Sequence record: NZ_CP047975.1
Source: a plasmid
Strand: one strand, 5' to 3'
Length of the DNA: 64,000 bases
Below the pieces are notes generated by a model that worked only from the letters and a program-made list of their open reading frames with translations, was not told the DNA's origin and did no database searches. The position numbers were made by a program, and so were the translations under genes. This document shows positions 21,162 through 30,894 of this stretch, piece by piece. The number at the start of each line of letters is the position of its first letter. Within the stretch, counting starts at the first letter, position 1.

Positions 21162-24100
21162 TTGCAGGTTGATTGTGCTTCAGCTTTGAATTTTGTTTTA
21201 CAGCAAAATTCAGTTCCTCTGATTCGACAAATCCTAATCTCTTCAACTGAAACGATTTCTGGTTCTCGAATCGTTATTCGTTCTAATCCTGATTATTTCA
21301 AAGAACACACTATCAATATTGCGAACTTGGAAGGCAATCAATTCTTGGCTCTTGATAAGCCAAAATTAGTTTTTGATATCAAACTATTGCAGGAGTTACC
21401 TGAGAATCTTAAAGGCAGTATTGAAATCCTTTGGTTGAATGAAAAGGAAGAGATACTGGCAGAGCAGCGGGCAGAGATTGATTTATTAACCATTGATACT
21501 TGGGGTGGGGAACGCCAACCCATAGAATTATTGGCGAGTTTTTCACAACCCAATGCTTCAGCACTCAGCCCAATTTTGGTTAAGGCCAGTGAAATTTTAA
21601 AAGCAAAAGAACTAGGTTCATTAAGTGGTTATCAAGAGCGAGATAGAGATTCTGTGCTATCTCAACTGAATGCCTTATGGGAGTCTTTATTACAACAAGA
21701 TATTCATTATATTGTTAACCCAGCAAGCTTTGTTAAATCGGGCCAAAGAATACGTTTGGCAAAGCAGATTTTTGACGAGAAGTTAGCATGTTGTTTAGAC
21801 ACGACAATACTTTTAAGTGCCTTGGCTGAACAAATAGGCTTAGATACTTTACTTATTTTTGAAGAAGGACATTCGTATCTTGGGGTTTGGTTAAATGAGA
21901 CGCCAAATGTTGACTTGATCATTGATGATATTCAAGCATTAAGAAAGCGTTATGATTTGGGTGAAGTTGTTTTTATAGAAACAACGCTGCTCACACAACA
22001 AGTAAAGTTTGCATCCGCACTTGAAACAGCAAAACAGTACATTAAAGATGAATCCCGCCAGCATAAGTTCTATCTTGCGATTGATGTTCGCCAGTCCCGG
22101 TTGCGTGGCATTAAACCAATTTCCTCATATCAGGATAAGAAAAATCATCTGGATGAAACAGAAATTGAATGGGCGCCTGCATCTATTCCTGTATATGATG
22201 TTGAACGTCCTGTAGAAAGTAAAGCCACGCGGGTTGACCGCTGGTTGCGCCGTTTGCTTGATCTAAGTCTCCGTAACAAGCTCTTAAACTTTAAGGACAA
22301 TCGTTACAGCATACCCTTACAATGTTCTGAGTTAACACTGGGGAAACTTGAAGATGCATTGGCGAACCAAGAGGGTTTCTTATTTAAGGGGATTGATAGC
22401 ATCTCGCTAAAAGATGTCCAGCGTGACAATGAAAGCCAACATATCAATCAATATGTTGATGATAGCCTGTCCAGAAAACTATTGTTTAGTCCACTTGATA
22501 CACCCTTACTGGAAAAGCGCCTAATTGAGGTTTACCGTGCCTCACGTACTGCTTTAGAAGAGGGAGGAGCGAATACACTATTTCTTGCTATTGGCTTTCT
22601 GGAATGGAAAGAGTCAGAGCGTTCAAAACGCACTTTTAAAGCGCCACTACTACTTATTCCTGTGCAGATCACCCGCGAGACCGCTAAAACAGGTTATCGC
22701 CTGTATATGTATGATGATGAGCCTCGCTTTAATTCAACTTTATTACAATTATTAAGACAGGATTTTGAACTAGATATTTCGGGTTTAAACCCTTTGCCGG
22801 CAGATGATTCTGGGATAGATGTTAACCAAGTCTTACATATTGTGCGTAAGGCTATTGTGAATATACCAGGATGGGAAGTTAAAGCTGAGGCTGCCATTGG
22901 TCAGTTCTCATTTTCAAAATATTTAATGTGGCTTGATTTGTCTACACGAATGGATCAACTTAAAAATCAATCTGTAGTAAATCATCTGATTGAATCACCA
23001 CGAGAACCATTCATTAAACAGGATGATTTTCCGCAACCCGCTCAACTAGACCAACGATATCAACCTCAACAATTTTTTACACCGTTATCATCTGACTCGT
23101 CACAGTTAGCAGCAGTTATGTCCGCCGCATTAGGACGTACTTTTGTACTTTCTGGCCCTCCTGGGACAGGTAAGTCCCAGACCATTACAAATATGATTTC
23201 ACAGTGTCTAGCAGATGGTAAATCTGTGTTGTTCGTTTCTGAAAAGATGGCAGCTTTAGAGGTTGTCTATCGTCGTTTGACACAGATTGGCTTGAGTGAG
23301 TTGTGCTTGCAGTTACATTCTTCCAAAGCGCAGAAAATGCAGGTTTTGGATCAACTGCGGGAAAGAGCACAGAAGAACAATGACCCATATTTTCTAAGTG
23401 CTCAGCTAAAGACAACAGAATGGCAAAAGTTGTCGGACAAATTAATCCAGTCTCGTGATGAACTGAATCAGCATGTAAATAATCTCCATACCGTACATGC
23501 GATCGGTTGGAGTCTGTATGCCGCAATGAGTGATGAACTTTGTTATCGGGATACACCACATCTACGTTTTCCTGAGATTGAAATTTCAACACTAACATCA
23601 GAAAAGCGTGAGTTGCTGAATAAGACGGTGACACAAGCAGTAAGCTTGCGTCAGCTAGTAAATGAAAATGCTAAAGACGTATTGGATGGATTTGCGGAGG
23701 GCTTGTCCGAACCTATCTGGAATCTGGCATGGCAGGAGCAATATCAACTATTACAGGACCAACTTGTAGGTCAGATACAACAATTACAAAAGTCTATTTC
23801 TGCTTGGCAACAGGTTTTTGGATTCAGTGAAAAGCAGAATCTGAGTCAGGTTAATCAGGATGTTGCGATTTTTAAAGCAATATCTAATCTGGTTCAGCAA
23901 ACAGACTTAAAACTCTTAAATGCGATTAAAGATATCGATTTAAAAACCATTACCCAGACAAAACACTTAACGCAAGATCTTAAGCAACAGCGTTCTTCAT
24001 TAGTAGGGAAATACCAATCTCAAATTTATCAAGCAGATTTAAGTCAAATTGGCTTTAAATGGCGTGAAGCAGAATCAAAAATGTTCCCATTTTCATGGTT

Positions 24101-26273
24101 TGCTAAATTCCAGCTGAGAAACTTAGTCAAAACTTATCAAGACTCAACTCAACGCCCAACAGCTTTGGCAGTTGCCCATGACTTACCAATCTTGCAGCAT
24201 ATCCAAAGCCAACAATTACAATTTACTGAATGTGAAAAACTGTTAGCGAGTAAGCTTGGTTCTTATTGGCAGGGTGAAGATAGCGCATGGCAAAGTTTTG
24301 AAGCTATTCACAATCAGTGGCAAGAAATTAAGCAGATAGTTGCGTTGTCAATTACTGATCAAGCAACTTTATTAAAAGCTGTAGAGTTTAGTAAAAATCA
24401 TACTTTGGATGAGCTGACACAGAATATCGCTCAGGTGGAGAATACGTTTAGGCAATTGCTGAATGATCATGTCCTGAAGAGTGATACTGCGATTACCTCA
24501 TATTCAGATATTGATTTTAATAAAATTATCGAAAGACAACAGCAGTTGCAGCAACACAGTTCATCTTGGAGACATTGGTTAAATTGGCAGGCTATAAAGA
24601 GCCAGTTGATTCAACATGGGTTAAAACCATTGGCATTTGAGCTTTTGAATGCCCCATTGAATGTGGATGATGCCCTAAAACGCCTGAATATTAATTTAGC
24701 GAGACACTGGATTACGCATCAATTTAGTCAGCATCCAGAGTTAAACCAATTTAACAGCCAACAACATGAACAGAAAATAATGTCCTTTGCCCAGCAGGAT
24801 AAAGAACACCAACTTTCTGCAAGTCAGGAAATTATTCACCGTTGGAATAATATTTTTATAGAACAAAACCACTACAAAGGGCAATGGACTGTTCTTAACA
24901 AAGAGTTGGGTAAGAAACGCCGTCATATTCCTGTACGAGAGTTGATGCGTCAAATTCCTGATGTTTTAGTTGGCTTGAAACCATGTTTATTAATGAGTCC
25001 ATTATCAGTTGCCCAATATCTGGACACAGAAGCAAAATTTGATGTAGTAATTTTTGATGAAGCATCACAGATTCCTGTATGGGATGCAATTGGTGCATTA
25101 GCGAGAGGTAAACAGTCAATCGTGGTGGGTGACAATAAACAAATGCCACCAACCAGTTTCTTCGGTAAAGGCGATTCTGAAGAAGAGGTTGATGAGGAGG
25201 TGACTGAAGATCTGGAGAGTATTTTGGATGAATGTCTTGCTGCTCAGTTACCAGAATTAGCTTTGAATTGGCATTACCGTAGTCGTTATGAAAGTCTCAT
25301 TCAATTTAGTAATCAGAAATACTACAAAGGTGGTTTATTTACTTTCCCTGCACCTGTTGCTAAGGATACAGCTGTAAAACTACATGTGGTTGAGGGTGTA
25401 TACGACAAAGGTGATACACGTACCAATAGTAATGAAGCAAAGGCAATTGTTGAATTTATTATTCAGCATTTACAGTCACAGTTAGGGCAAGAGAATCCTT
25501 TGACTTTAGGTGTGGTCACTTTCAATATGACTCAGCAGAAGTTGATTGAAGATTTGCTGGATAATGAATTGGCTAATCACCCTGAGTTAGAGACATTGAG
25601 TAAGTCAGGCATTGAACCTTTATTTGTTAAGAATTTAGAAAATGTGCAAGGAGATGAACGTGATATTATCGTTTTCTCAATTACTTACGCAGAAGACCGT
25701 GATGGTCGATTATCTATGAACTTTGGCGCGCTTAATCGTCAAGGTGGTCAGCGCCGTCTAAATGTAGCAATTACTCGCGCTCGTCAAGGATTACATGTTT
25801 TCTCTGCTTTGAGTCCTGAAGAAATTAATTTGGCACGCACTAATAGTGAGGGTGTAAGGGATTTAAAAGACTTCTTAGTTTTTGCTCGTAGTGGTCAGTT
25901 GCATTTAAATTATGCTGACCAAAGTAAACAGCAGGCTAAAAAAGAATTCCTACAGTACCTACAAACTAAGTTGCAAGAACAAGGCTGGAGTGTGGACCTT
26001 GGTATAGGTCAGGGAGATAGTTGTGTAGATATAGCAATTAAGGATAATTTGAATTCAGGTAGTTATCTTGCAGGTATTATAGTAGATGGTGAAAACTACG
26101 CTAAAGCAGCTACAGCAAGAGACCGTGATCAGCTCAGACCAACAGTATTAAATGGGTTAGGCTGGCAGGTATTATCAGTGTGGACAGTTGATTGGTGGCT
26201 GGATCCAGAGCAGAACTTAGCTAAATTGGTAAAAGAATTGGATGAGATCAAAATTAATCAACAGGTTGCTTAA
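21162..26273 (+). CDS. Multidomain protein of 1703 aa, TTG start at 21162. N-terminal transglutaminase-like Cys-peptidase-like region, then a DUF4011-like region, an SF1 (UPF1/DNA2-like) helicase core, a DUF3320-like region, and a C-terminal VSR/DUF559-like PD-(D/E)xK endonuclease domain
   Basis: CCLDTTILLSALAEQIGLD…GHSYLGVW is transglutaminase-like. RLLDLSLRNKLLNF is the DUF4011 hallmark. Walker A LSGPPGTGKSQT. VIFDEASQI is the DEAD-like motif II. VTFNMTQQ, NVQGDERDIIVFS and LNVAITRAR follow. C-terminal GWSVDLGIGQGDSCVDIAI…IIVDGENY…DRDQLRPTVLNGLGWQVL is VSR-like. Confidence 0.85.
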   Translation: MQVDCASALNFVLQQNSVPLIRQILISSTETISGSRIVIRSNPDYFKEHTINIANLEGNQFLALDKPKLVFDIKLLQELPENLKGSIEILWLNEKEEILAEQRAEIDLLTIDTWGGERQPIELLASFSQPNASALSPILVKASEILKAKELGSLSGYQERDRDSVLSQLNALWESLLQQDIHYIVNPASFVKSGQRIRLAKQIFDEKLACCLDTTILLSALAEQIGLDTLLIFEEGHSYLGVWLNETPNVDLIIDDIQALRKRYDLGEVVFIETTLLTQQVKFASALETAKQYIKDESRQHKFYLAIDVRQSRLRGIKPISSYQDKKNHLDETEIEWAPASIPVYDVERPVESKATRVDRWLRRLLDLSLRNKLLNFKDNRYSIPLQCSELTLGKLEDALANQEGFLFKGIDSISLKDVQRDNESQHINQYVDDSLSRKLLFSPLDTPLLEKRLIEVYRASRTALEEGGANTLFLAIGFLEWKESERSKRTFKAPLLLIPVQITRETAKTGYRLYMYDDEPRFNSTLLQLLRQDFELDISGLNPLPADDSGIDVNQVLHIVRKAIVNIPGWEVKAEAAIGQFSFSKYLMWLDLSTRMDQLKNQSVVNHLIESPREPFIKQDDFPQPAQLDQRYQPQQFFTPLSSDSSQLAAVMSAALGRTFVLSGPPGTGKSQTITNMISQCLADGKSVLFVSEKMAALEVVYRRLTQIGLSELCLQLHSSKAQKMQVLDQLRERAQKNNDPYFLSAQLKTTEWQKLSDKLIQSRDELNQHVNNLHTVHAIGWSLYAAMSDELCYRDTPHLRFPEIEISTLTSEKRELLNKTVTQAVSLRQLVNENAKDVLDGFAEGLSEPIWNLAWQEQYQLLQDQLVGQIQQLQKSISAWQQVFGFSEKQNLSQVNQDVAIFKAISNLVQQTDLKLLNAIKDIDLKTITQTKHLTQDLKQQRSSLVGKYQSQIYQADLSQIGFKWREAESKMFPFSWFAKFQLRNLVKTYQDSTQRPTALAVAHDLPILQHIQSQQLQFTECEKLLASKLGSYWQGEDSAWQSFEAIHNQWQEIKQIVALSITDQATLLKAVEFSKNHTLDELTQNIAQVENTFRQLLNDHVLKSDTAITSYSDIDFNKIIERQQQLQQHSSSWRHWLNWQAIKSQLIQHGLKPLAFELLNAPLNVDDALKRLNINLARHWITHQFSQHPELNQFNSQQHEQKIMSFAQQDKEHQLSASQEIIHRWNNIFIEQNHYKGQWTVLNKELGKKRRHIPVRELMRQIPDVLVGLKPCLLMSPLSVAQYLDTEAKFDVVIFDEASQIPVWDAIGALARGKQSIVVGDNKQMPPTSFFGKGDSEEEVDEEVTEDLESILDECLAAQLPELALNWHYRSRYESLIQFSNQKYYKGGLFTFPAPVAKDTAVKLHVVEGVYDKGDTRTNSNEAKAIVEFIIQHLQSQLGQENPLTLGVVTFNMTQQKLIEDLLDNELANHPELETLSKSGIEPLFVKNLENVQGDERDIIVFSITYAEDRDGRLSMNFGALNRQGGQRRLNVAITRARQGLHVFSALSPEEINLARTNSEGVRDLKDFLVFARSGQLHLNYADQSKQQAKKEFLQYLQTKLQEQGWSVDLGIGQGDSCVDIAIKDNLNSGSYLAGIIVDGENYAKAATARDRDQLRPTVLNGLGWQVLSVWTVDWWLDPEQNLAKLVKELDEIKINQQVA

Positions 26274-26446
26274 ATTGTCTGAAACCTTAGGGATGAAAAG
26301 CATGCTTTAAATCAACTCATTGACTTGGGTTGCATGGTCCATGCGAGTCGTAAATTCTATGAACTATATGTGACGGGGAAAAGTCAGATCAATGAACAGG
26401 CATTTTTAAGGGTCATCAGATTAAGTGCATTTTGATAATGAATAAA

Positions 26447-26467
26447 GCGCCGTTTGGCGCTTTATTC
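26447..26467 (+). terminator. Perfect GC hairpin (agcgcc gttt ggcgct) followed by ttattc. A terminator-like structure at the AT-to-GC junction
   Basis: Direct reading. Confidence 0.5.
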
Positions 26468-26680
26468 ATCCTAGGGACCGCTCACCACCGAGTCCGAGAA
26501 GAGCGAGCAAAAAGGCTTTGCCAACCTGCTGATCGGCCTGTTCGGCGCCGTGCGCAATCCGCTGACTCATGCGCCCAAGGCGAATTAGCCCATGTCCGAA
26601 CAGGATTCACTGGACATCCTGACGCTGGTATCGCTGATTCACCGCAAGCTGGATGGCACCACGAAATTAGCGGCCGTATC
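26466..26680 (+). pseudogene. Truncated, frameshifted C-terminal fragment of an Abi_C-domain (abortive-infection C-terminal) protein. It marks the left edge of the GC-rich island
   Basis: Frame translation is ...SEQKGFANLLIGLFGAVRNPLTHAPKAN*, containing the Abi_C-type RNxxxH motif. It continues in another frame as EQDSLDILTLVSLIHRKLDG. No N-terminal part is present. Confidence 0.45.
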
Positions 26681-26700
26681 GCCATAAGGGAAAGACAAGA

Positions 26701-27468
26701 ATGGACGAGGCGATCGTAGTCTTCTCTCGGAAAGGGATTTTCCAGACTACGATTGCCGCGCGTGACGTTCGCAGCCGGGAACATGCACGCAAGCTGTGGC
26801 CCCTGGTGTCTCCCGGCGCATCACGGCAGATGGTGACATGGGTCAGCCCCTCCTTTGAGAGCGGGAAGTTGCGTCGGAGATCCCACTTCCGCGTGCTTCC
26901 TGCCCAACACACCTTTAATCCGAAAGCGCACTTCGACGATGAAGAAGCCAGCCGGTGGCGCGCTGTGCAGGAAAGCCCCGAACACCGACAGGCGAAAGAA
27001 CTTGTCGCTGCCGAACTCTCCCGACGCTTGAATGCCGGGCTTGCGATGCCGTGGGCGTTCAAAGATACGGATGCGTCGGACTATGCGCTGGAAGGCAACT
27101 TGTTGCTGGGTGCCGACCGGGTGGCAACCGAGCATCCTCTGGAGACGCCATTCGGCAGCAAATTCCGGCTCGACGTTGCCGTGCTCGGGCCGCCGGTTCA
27201 GGTCGAGCCGATGGTGCTTGGCGGCGTTGAAATCGAACTCAGCCACGCCTTCGACGGCCGCAAGGCGCTGATCGGGAAGTCGCTCGGATTTCCGTTGATC
27301 TCCATCGACATCACGGAGATGATGCTGGACGAACTCACGCCTGAGTGGGCACAGCGGGTACTGACCACAACCACGCGGAGCCACGAGCAAGGACGCCGGC
27401 AGACCTACATCTATCTCCACGACCTGCTGTACCACCTCTACGCGCAATTGCCAACGATGAGACGCTGA
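26701..27468 (+). CDS. Hypothetical protein (255 aa; true start uncertain) at the left end of the GC-rich island
   Basis: Longest coherent ORF among many overlapping high-GC ORFs. No motif recognised. Confidence 0.4.
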   Translation: MDEAIVVFSRKGIFQTTIAARDVRSREHARKLWPLVSPGASRQMVTWVSPSFESGKLRRRSHFRVLPAQHTFNPKAHFDDEEASRWRAVQESPEHRQAKELVAAELSRRLNAGLAMPWAFKDTDASDYALEGNLLLGADRVATEHPLETPFGSKFRLDVAVLGPPVQVEPMVLGGVEIELSHAFDGRKALIGKSLGFPLISIDITEMMLDELTPEWAQRVLTTTTRSHEQGRRQTYIYLHDLLYHLYAQLPTMRR

Positions 27469-27913
27469 ACAAGCTGGTGCGCTGGATGAACCTGCTCGCG
27501 GAGAAGCTAGAGTACCCGAAGGGTACGGTCGCCGTTGCCTTGGTCAATGGAAAGAACTAACAGTCGCGCAAGATGCTGGAACGCGCGGGACAAGTCGTTG
27601 GCCCCGACTGGAGTGAATTCAATGACCAGCGCTGCTTAGGGCTGACCTTGCCGCGCCCCAAAGGCCCAGCCGATCTCCAAGCCCATCGCTTCCACATGAC
27701 GATGGCGCGCATCCTGCTGTCGCACACTGATGCGCACGTTAGCTACAAATACTGCAACTGCGTGGACAACAACCACCCCGAAGAAGACGTGTGGGTGGCG
27801 CATCGCTGGATTGCCGACCTGAAAACCCATACCCGGCACCGCGTATTGCCGGAGTCACCTTGCGGGCAAACACTACAACGGAGCCAGGCGCCTGTTTGCT
27901 TGTTGGACAGTTC

Positions 27914-28702
27914 TCAGTCCGTCGTCGGTTTTGGTGCTCTTTTCCGCGGAGCCGAAGAAGGCAAAGACGGCAAGCACTCGAATAGGCGTTCTGCATAGAC
28001 GAACCCCATCCGCCTGACTGCGCTCTGATCGAAATACAGTAGCCAAGCGGCCAGTAACGCCAGCGAAATGAGCAGCGTTAGGCCAGCAGCCAGCCCCGGA
28101 TCAGCAAAATGCACAGGGTCAAAATGTGGAGGCGCAACCTGCAAGATTTTTGCAATCAGCAATCCATAAAGGATACCCAAGAGGCACGACAAAATGCCAA
28201 CAGGTTTCATCGCTAACATATTGCGATGGAATCCGTATGCAATATTCTCTTTGAGTAGGAGCTGCTTGTTGGAACGGGTGAGTTCACGAAGTCGCTTGGT
28301 TGCCCCAATGTAGGTATCGTCCGCCTTGTCCTGATCTGCTGATTCCTCCTCTGCGTTCGGCATGGCAATACCCAGCTTAGCTGTAATCGCGGTGTGATAT
28401 CGCTGCTTGCTGACGCTATCCAGAAATTTGTCGCGATGGCGCAGGGCTATGGTTGTTGGCATTCCGCCCCATTTTTTCACTAGGGATTCTTCCAACTTTT
28501 TTCCCCGCCCACGGGCTACGCTTGCGAGTGCATAAATGGCACCGCAGCCACCCAGCAGTCCAATCACGCCTGTAAGTACCGGGTGCTTTGCGCCGTAGAC
28601 ACACAACAAGGGAACGAGCAGCGGCAAAGCTACAAGAAGTCCTGGAATTACGCGCGCCTTGCGCTCGTAGGGGTCTTTGACCAGTTCAAAAATATTCGTC
28701 AT
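27914..28702 (-). CDS. Predicted integral membrane protein (262 aa; two N-terminal and two C-terminal hydrophobic helices) co-oriented downstream of the WYL regulator gene
   Basis: Hydrophobic stretches VIPGLLVALPLLVPLLCVYG, VLTGVIGLLGGCGAIYALA, VGILSCLLGILYGLLIAKIL and LAAGLTLLISLALLAAWLLYF. Confidence 0.6.
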   Translation of the reverse strand: MTNIFELVKDPYERKARVIPGLLVALPLLVPLLCVYGAKHPVLTGVIGLLGGCGAIYALASVARGRGKKLEESLVKKWGGMPTTIALRHRDKFLDSVSKQRYHTAITAKLGIAMPNAEEESADQDKADDTYIGATKRLRELTRSNKQLLLKENIAYGFHRNMLAMKPVGILSCLLGILYGLLIAKILQVAPPHFDPVHFADPGLAAGLTLLISLALLAAWLLYFDQSAVRRMGFVYAERLFECLPSLPSSAPRKRAPKPTTD

Positions 28703-28708
28703 AGGTGC

Positions 28709-29611
28709 TTAGCTTTGGGCCGACAAGGCATCAATATAGGGTTGAATTTCATCGCGGTTTTTCAAAGTGATCTGCTGCGCGAGGGGGTCGGGTGCTTCCT
28801 TGGTATGCAAGCCCAAACGCCTCAGTGTGTAGTACAGAAACGCTTGGCGGCATGGAAGTTTGACCTGTCCACCCTCCATTCCATAGTCCAACTCCAGGAC
28901 TCGTTTCTTGGCAGCGGGTAAATCGGGATGCGGTGCAAGCACCAGCGTCAATACAGTTTGCCAATGCGAATCCTGGCTGGCGTCCACTTGGCTCGCCTCG
29001 AAGCCATCGATGCGCAGGATTCGGGCGAGGACGAAATCGCTGAAGCGCTGGCGCTTATGGCAAAACGCGCGCATGTGCCAGCGAAAACCGTCGTTGCCCA
29101 GAGCGTGCGGCGACAGCAGACGAACCGATTCGTCCAAGGACGTCATGGACTGGTAGCTCACCCAAATGGCTTCCTGCTGCCGAATTGCCCGGACCACTGC
29201 TTCGACGGTTTGTTCATTGATGGTGCGCCAAGGGGACGGTGCCCAATCTGCCTCAGGCGCTGAGCCAATAAAGCTGGACGCTGGTTCGATGACGCCCATC
29301 TTGGTGGCCAGCAGCTCCGCTAGATAGTGTTGCACCGAACTTCGCTGGTAAAGCGGGTGAAAACTCGGTGCTGCCGTGTAAGTCTTGGAACTGCGGTCAT
29401 AAATCAGGTTGTTCGGCGCTAACTCCGTGTACTTGGCAATGTCCAGTGAGGCCTGGGGAATCGATATGCCGAAGTGCTCGGTGAGATCCATTCGATTGAT
29501 GCGCCGCTCCCAGCGCAAACGGAAATCGATGAATTGAAGTCTGCTCTCTAACCCCCAGCTTAGCCCTTTGGGCTCAGCGGGATCGGCGGCAGTTACAGGA
29601 GGCTCTTGCAT
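28709..29611 (-). CDS. WYL-domain transcriptional regulator (N-terminal wHTH plus WYL-like domain)
   Basis: N-terminal RLQFIDFRLRWERRINRMDLTEHFGISIPQASLDI is HTH-like. Central LLSPHALGNDGFRWHMRAFCHKRQRFSDFVLARI is WYL-like. Confidence 0.65.
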   Translation of the reverse strand: MQEPPVTAADPAEPKGLSWGLESRLQFIDFRLRWERRINRMDLTEHFGISIPQASLDIAKYTELAPNNLIYDRSSKTYTAAPSFHPLYQRSSVQHYLAELLATKMGVIEPASSFIGSAPEADWAPSPWRTINEQTVEAVVRAIRQQEAIWVSYQSMTSLDESVRLLSPHALGNDGFRWHMRAFCHKRQRFSDFVLARILRIDGFEASQVDASQDSHWQTVLTLVLAPHPDLPAAKKRVLELDYGMEGGQVKLPCRQAFLYYTLRRLGLHTKEAPDPLAQQITLKNRDEIQPYIDALSAQS

Positions 29612-29700
29612 TATTTGCGCCTAATAAGTAGACGGATATAAAAAATAGTCGTACATTAACTATACGCGATCATCCTTCGGTCGTCTACCCGGAGACCTCA

Positions 29701-30894
29701 ATGCCCACAACCATCACCTTTTTCCCCGTCGACAACGGGGACATGACACTCATCAAGTTCGGCGATCTTGACGCGACGACCCTGCTGATCGACGTAAACA
29801 TCAGACAAGATGCCGATGATCCTGGGAAGGACGTGCGCGATGTCGCCAAGGATCTGCGCGAACGACTGAAAAAAGACGAGAACGGCAGGCCATATGTCGA
29901 TGCCTTTTTGTTGAGCCACCCGGACCAGGATCATTGCCGTGGGCTGACGCGGCATTTCTACCTGGGACCGCTGGACAAGTACCCGGATGACAAGAAGGAC
30001 GACAAGGACAAGAAAATCGTGATCCGGGAGATGTGGTCGTCTCCCATCGTGTTTCGACGCGCAAGCAAGACGCACACTTTGAGCGACGACGCCAAGGTAT
30101 TCAACACGGAGGCGCGTCGGCGGATACAACTGAACCGCGACAAGAACTTCGCCGTCGGAAACGGCGACCGCATCCAGATCATGGGCGAGGACATCGATGG
30201 AAAAACCGATGATCTCACCTCGATTGTGCGGAAGGTGGACACGCGCTTCTCGACGATCAACGGCAAGAGTTCCGCATTCTTCTCTGCGTTTCTTTTGGCC
30301 CCCCTGGATGCCCAGGACGACGAAGAAGAGGAAGAGTGCCTGGTCAAGAACCAGTCCAGCGTGATCCTGAACATCACGTTAGCCGCTGATGCTCAGACGC
30401 CGGATGGCGCAAAGTTCCTTACTGGTGGCGATGCTGAGGTGTTCATCTGGAACCGCCAGTGGCAGCGCCACGAGACCGAAGCCGATGTACTTGAGTACGA
30501 CATCATGCAGGCACCGCATCACTGTTCTTGGCATTCGCTGTCCTATGACAGTTGGTCCGACTACGGCGAGAAGGCCAAACTCGATGCCGATGCCCGCAAG
30601 GCGCTTTCGCAGACCCGTGACGGCGCCGTCATCGTCGCCAGTTGCAAGCCGATTGCAGACGACGACAGTGATCCACCCTGCATCCGCGCAAAGCGTGAGT
30701 ACGTGGCGATCGTAGACGAAGCAAAGGGCGAGTTCTATTGCACGGGCGAGTACCCGAGCGAGAAATCCTTGGAGCCCCTCGTTTTCACCGTCACCGCTCA
30801 GGGAGTGCAGCCGCCCTCGAAGAAGGAGTCCGGATCGAAGGCCGCTGCCGTGATCACCTCCGCGCGCACTCCGATGCCGCACGGGGCATCATGA
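29701..30894 (+). CDS. Metallo-beta-lactamase-fold protein (397 aa) with a variant metal motif H-P-D-x-D-H
   Basis: LLSHPDQDHCRGL and later APHHCSWHS. The stop overlaps the next gene's start (ATGA). Confidence 0.7.
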   Translation: MPTTITFFPVDNGDMTLIKFGDLDATTLLIDVNIRQDADDPGKDVRDVAKDLRERLKKDENGRPYVDAFLLSHPDQDHCRGLTRHFYLGPLDKYPDDKKDDKDKKIVIREMWSSPIVFRRASKTHTLSDDAKVFNTEARRRIQLNRDKNFAVGNGDRIQIMGEDIDGKTDDLTSIVRKVDTRFSTINGKSSAFFSAFLLAPLDAQDDEEEEECLVKNQSSVILNITLAADAQTPDGAKFLTGGDAEVFIWNRQWQRHETEADVLEYDIMQAPHHCSWHSLSYDSWSDYGEKAKLDADARKALSQTRDGAVIVASCKPIADDDSDPPCIRAKREYVAIVDEAKGEFYCTGEYPSEKSLEPLVFTVTAQGVQPPSKKESGSKAAAVITSARTPMPHGAS

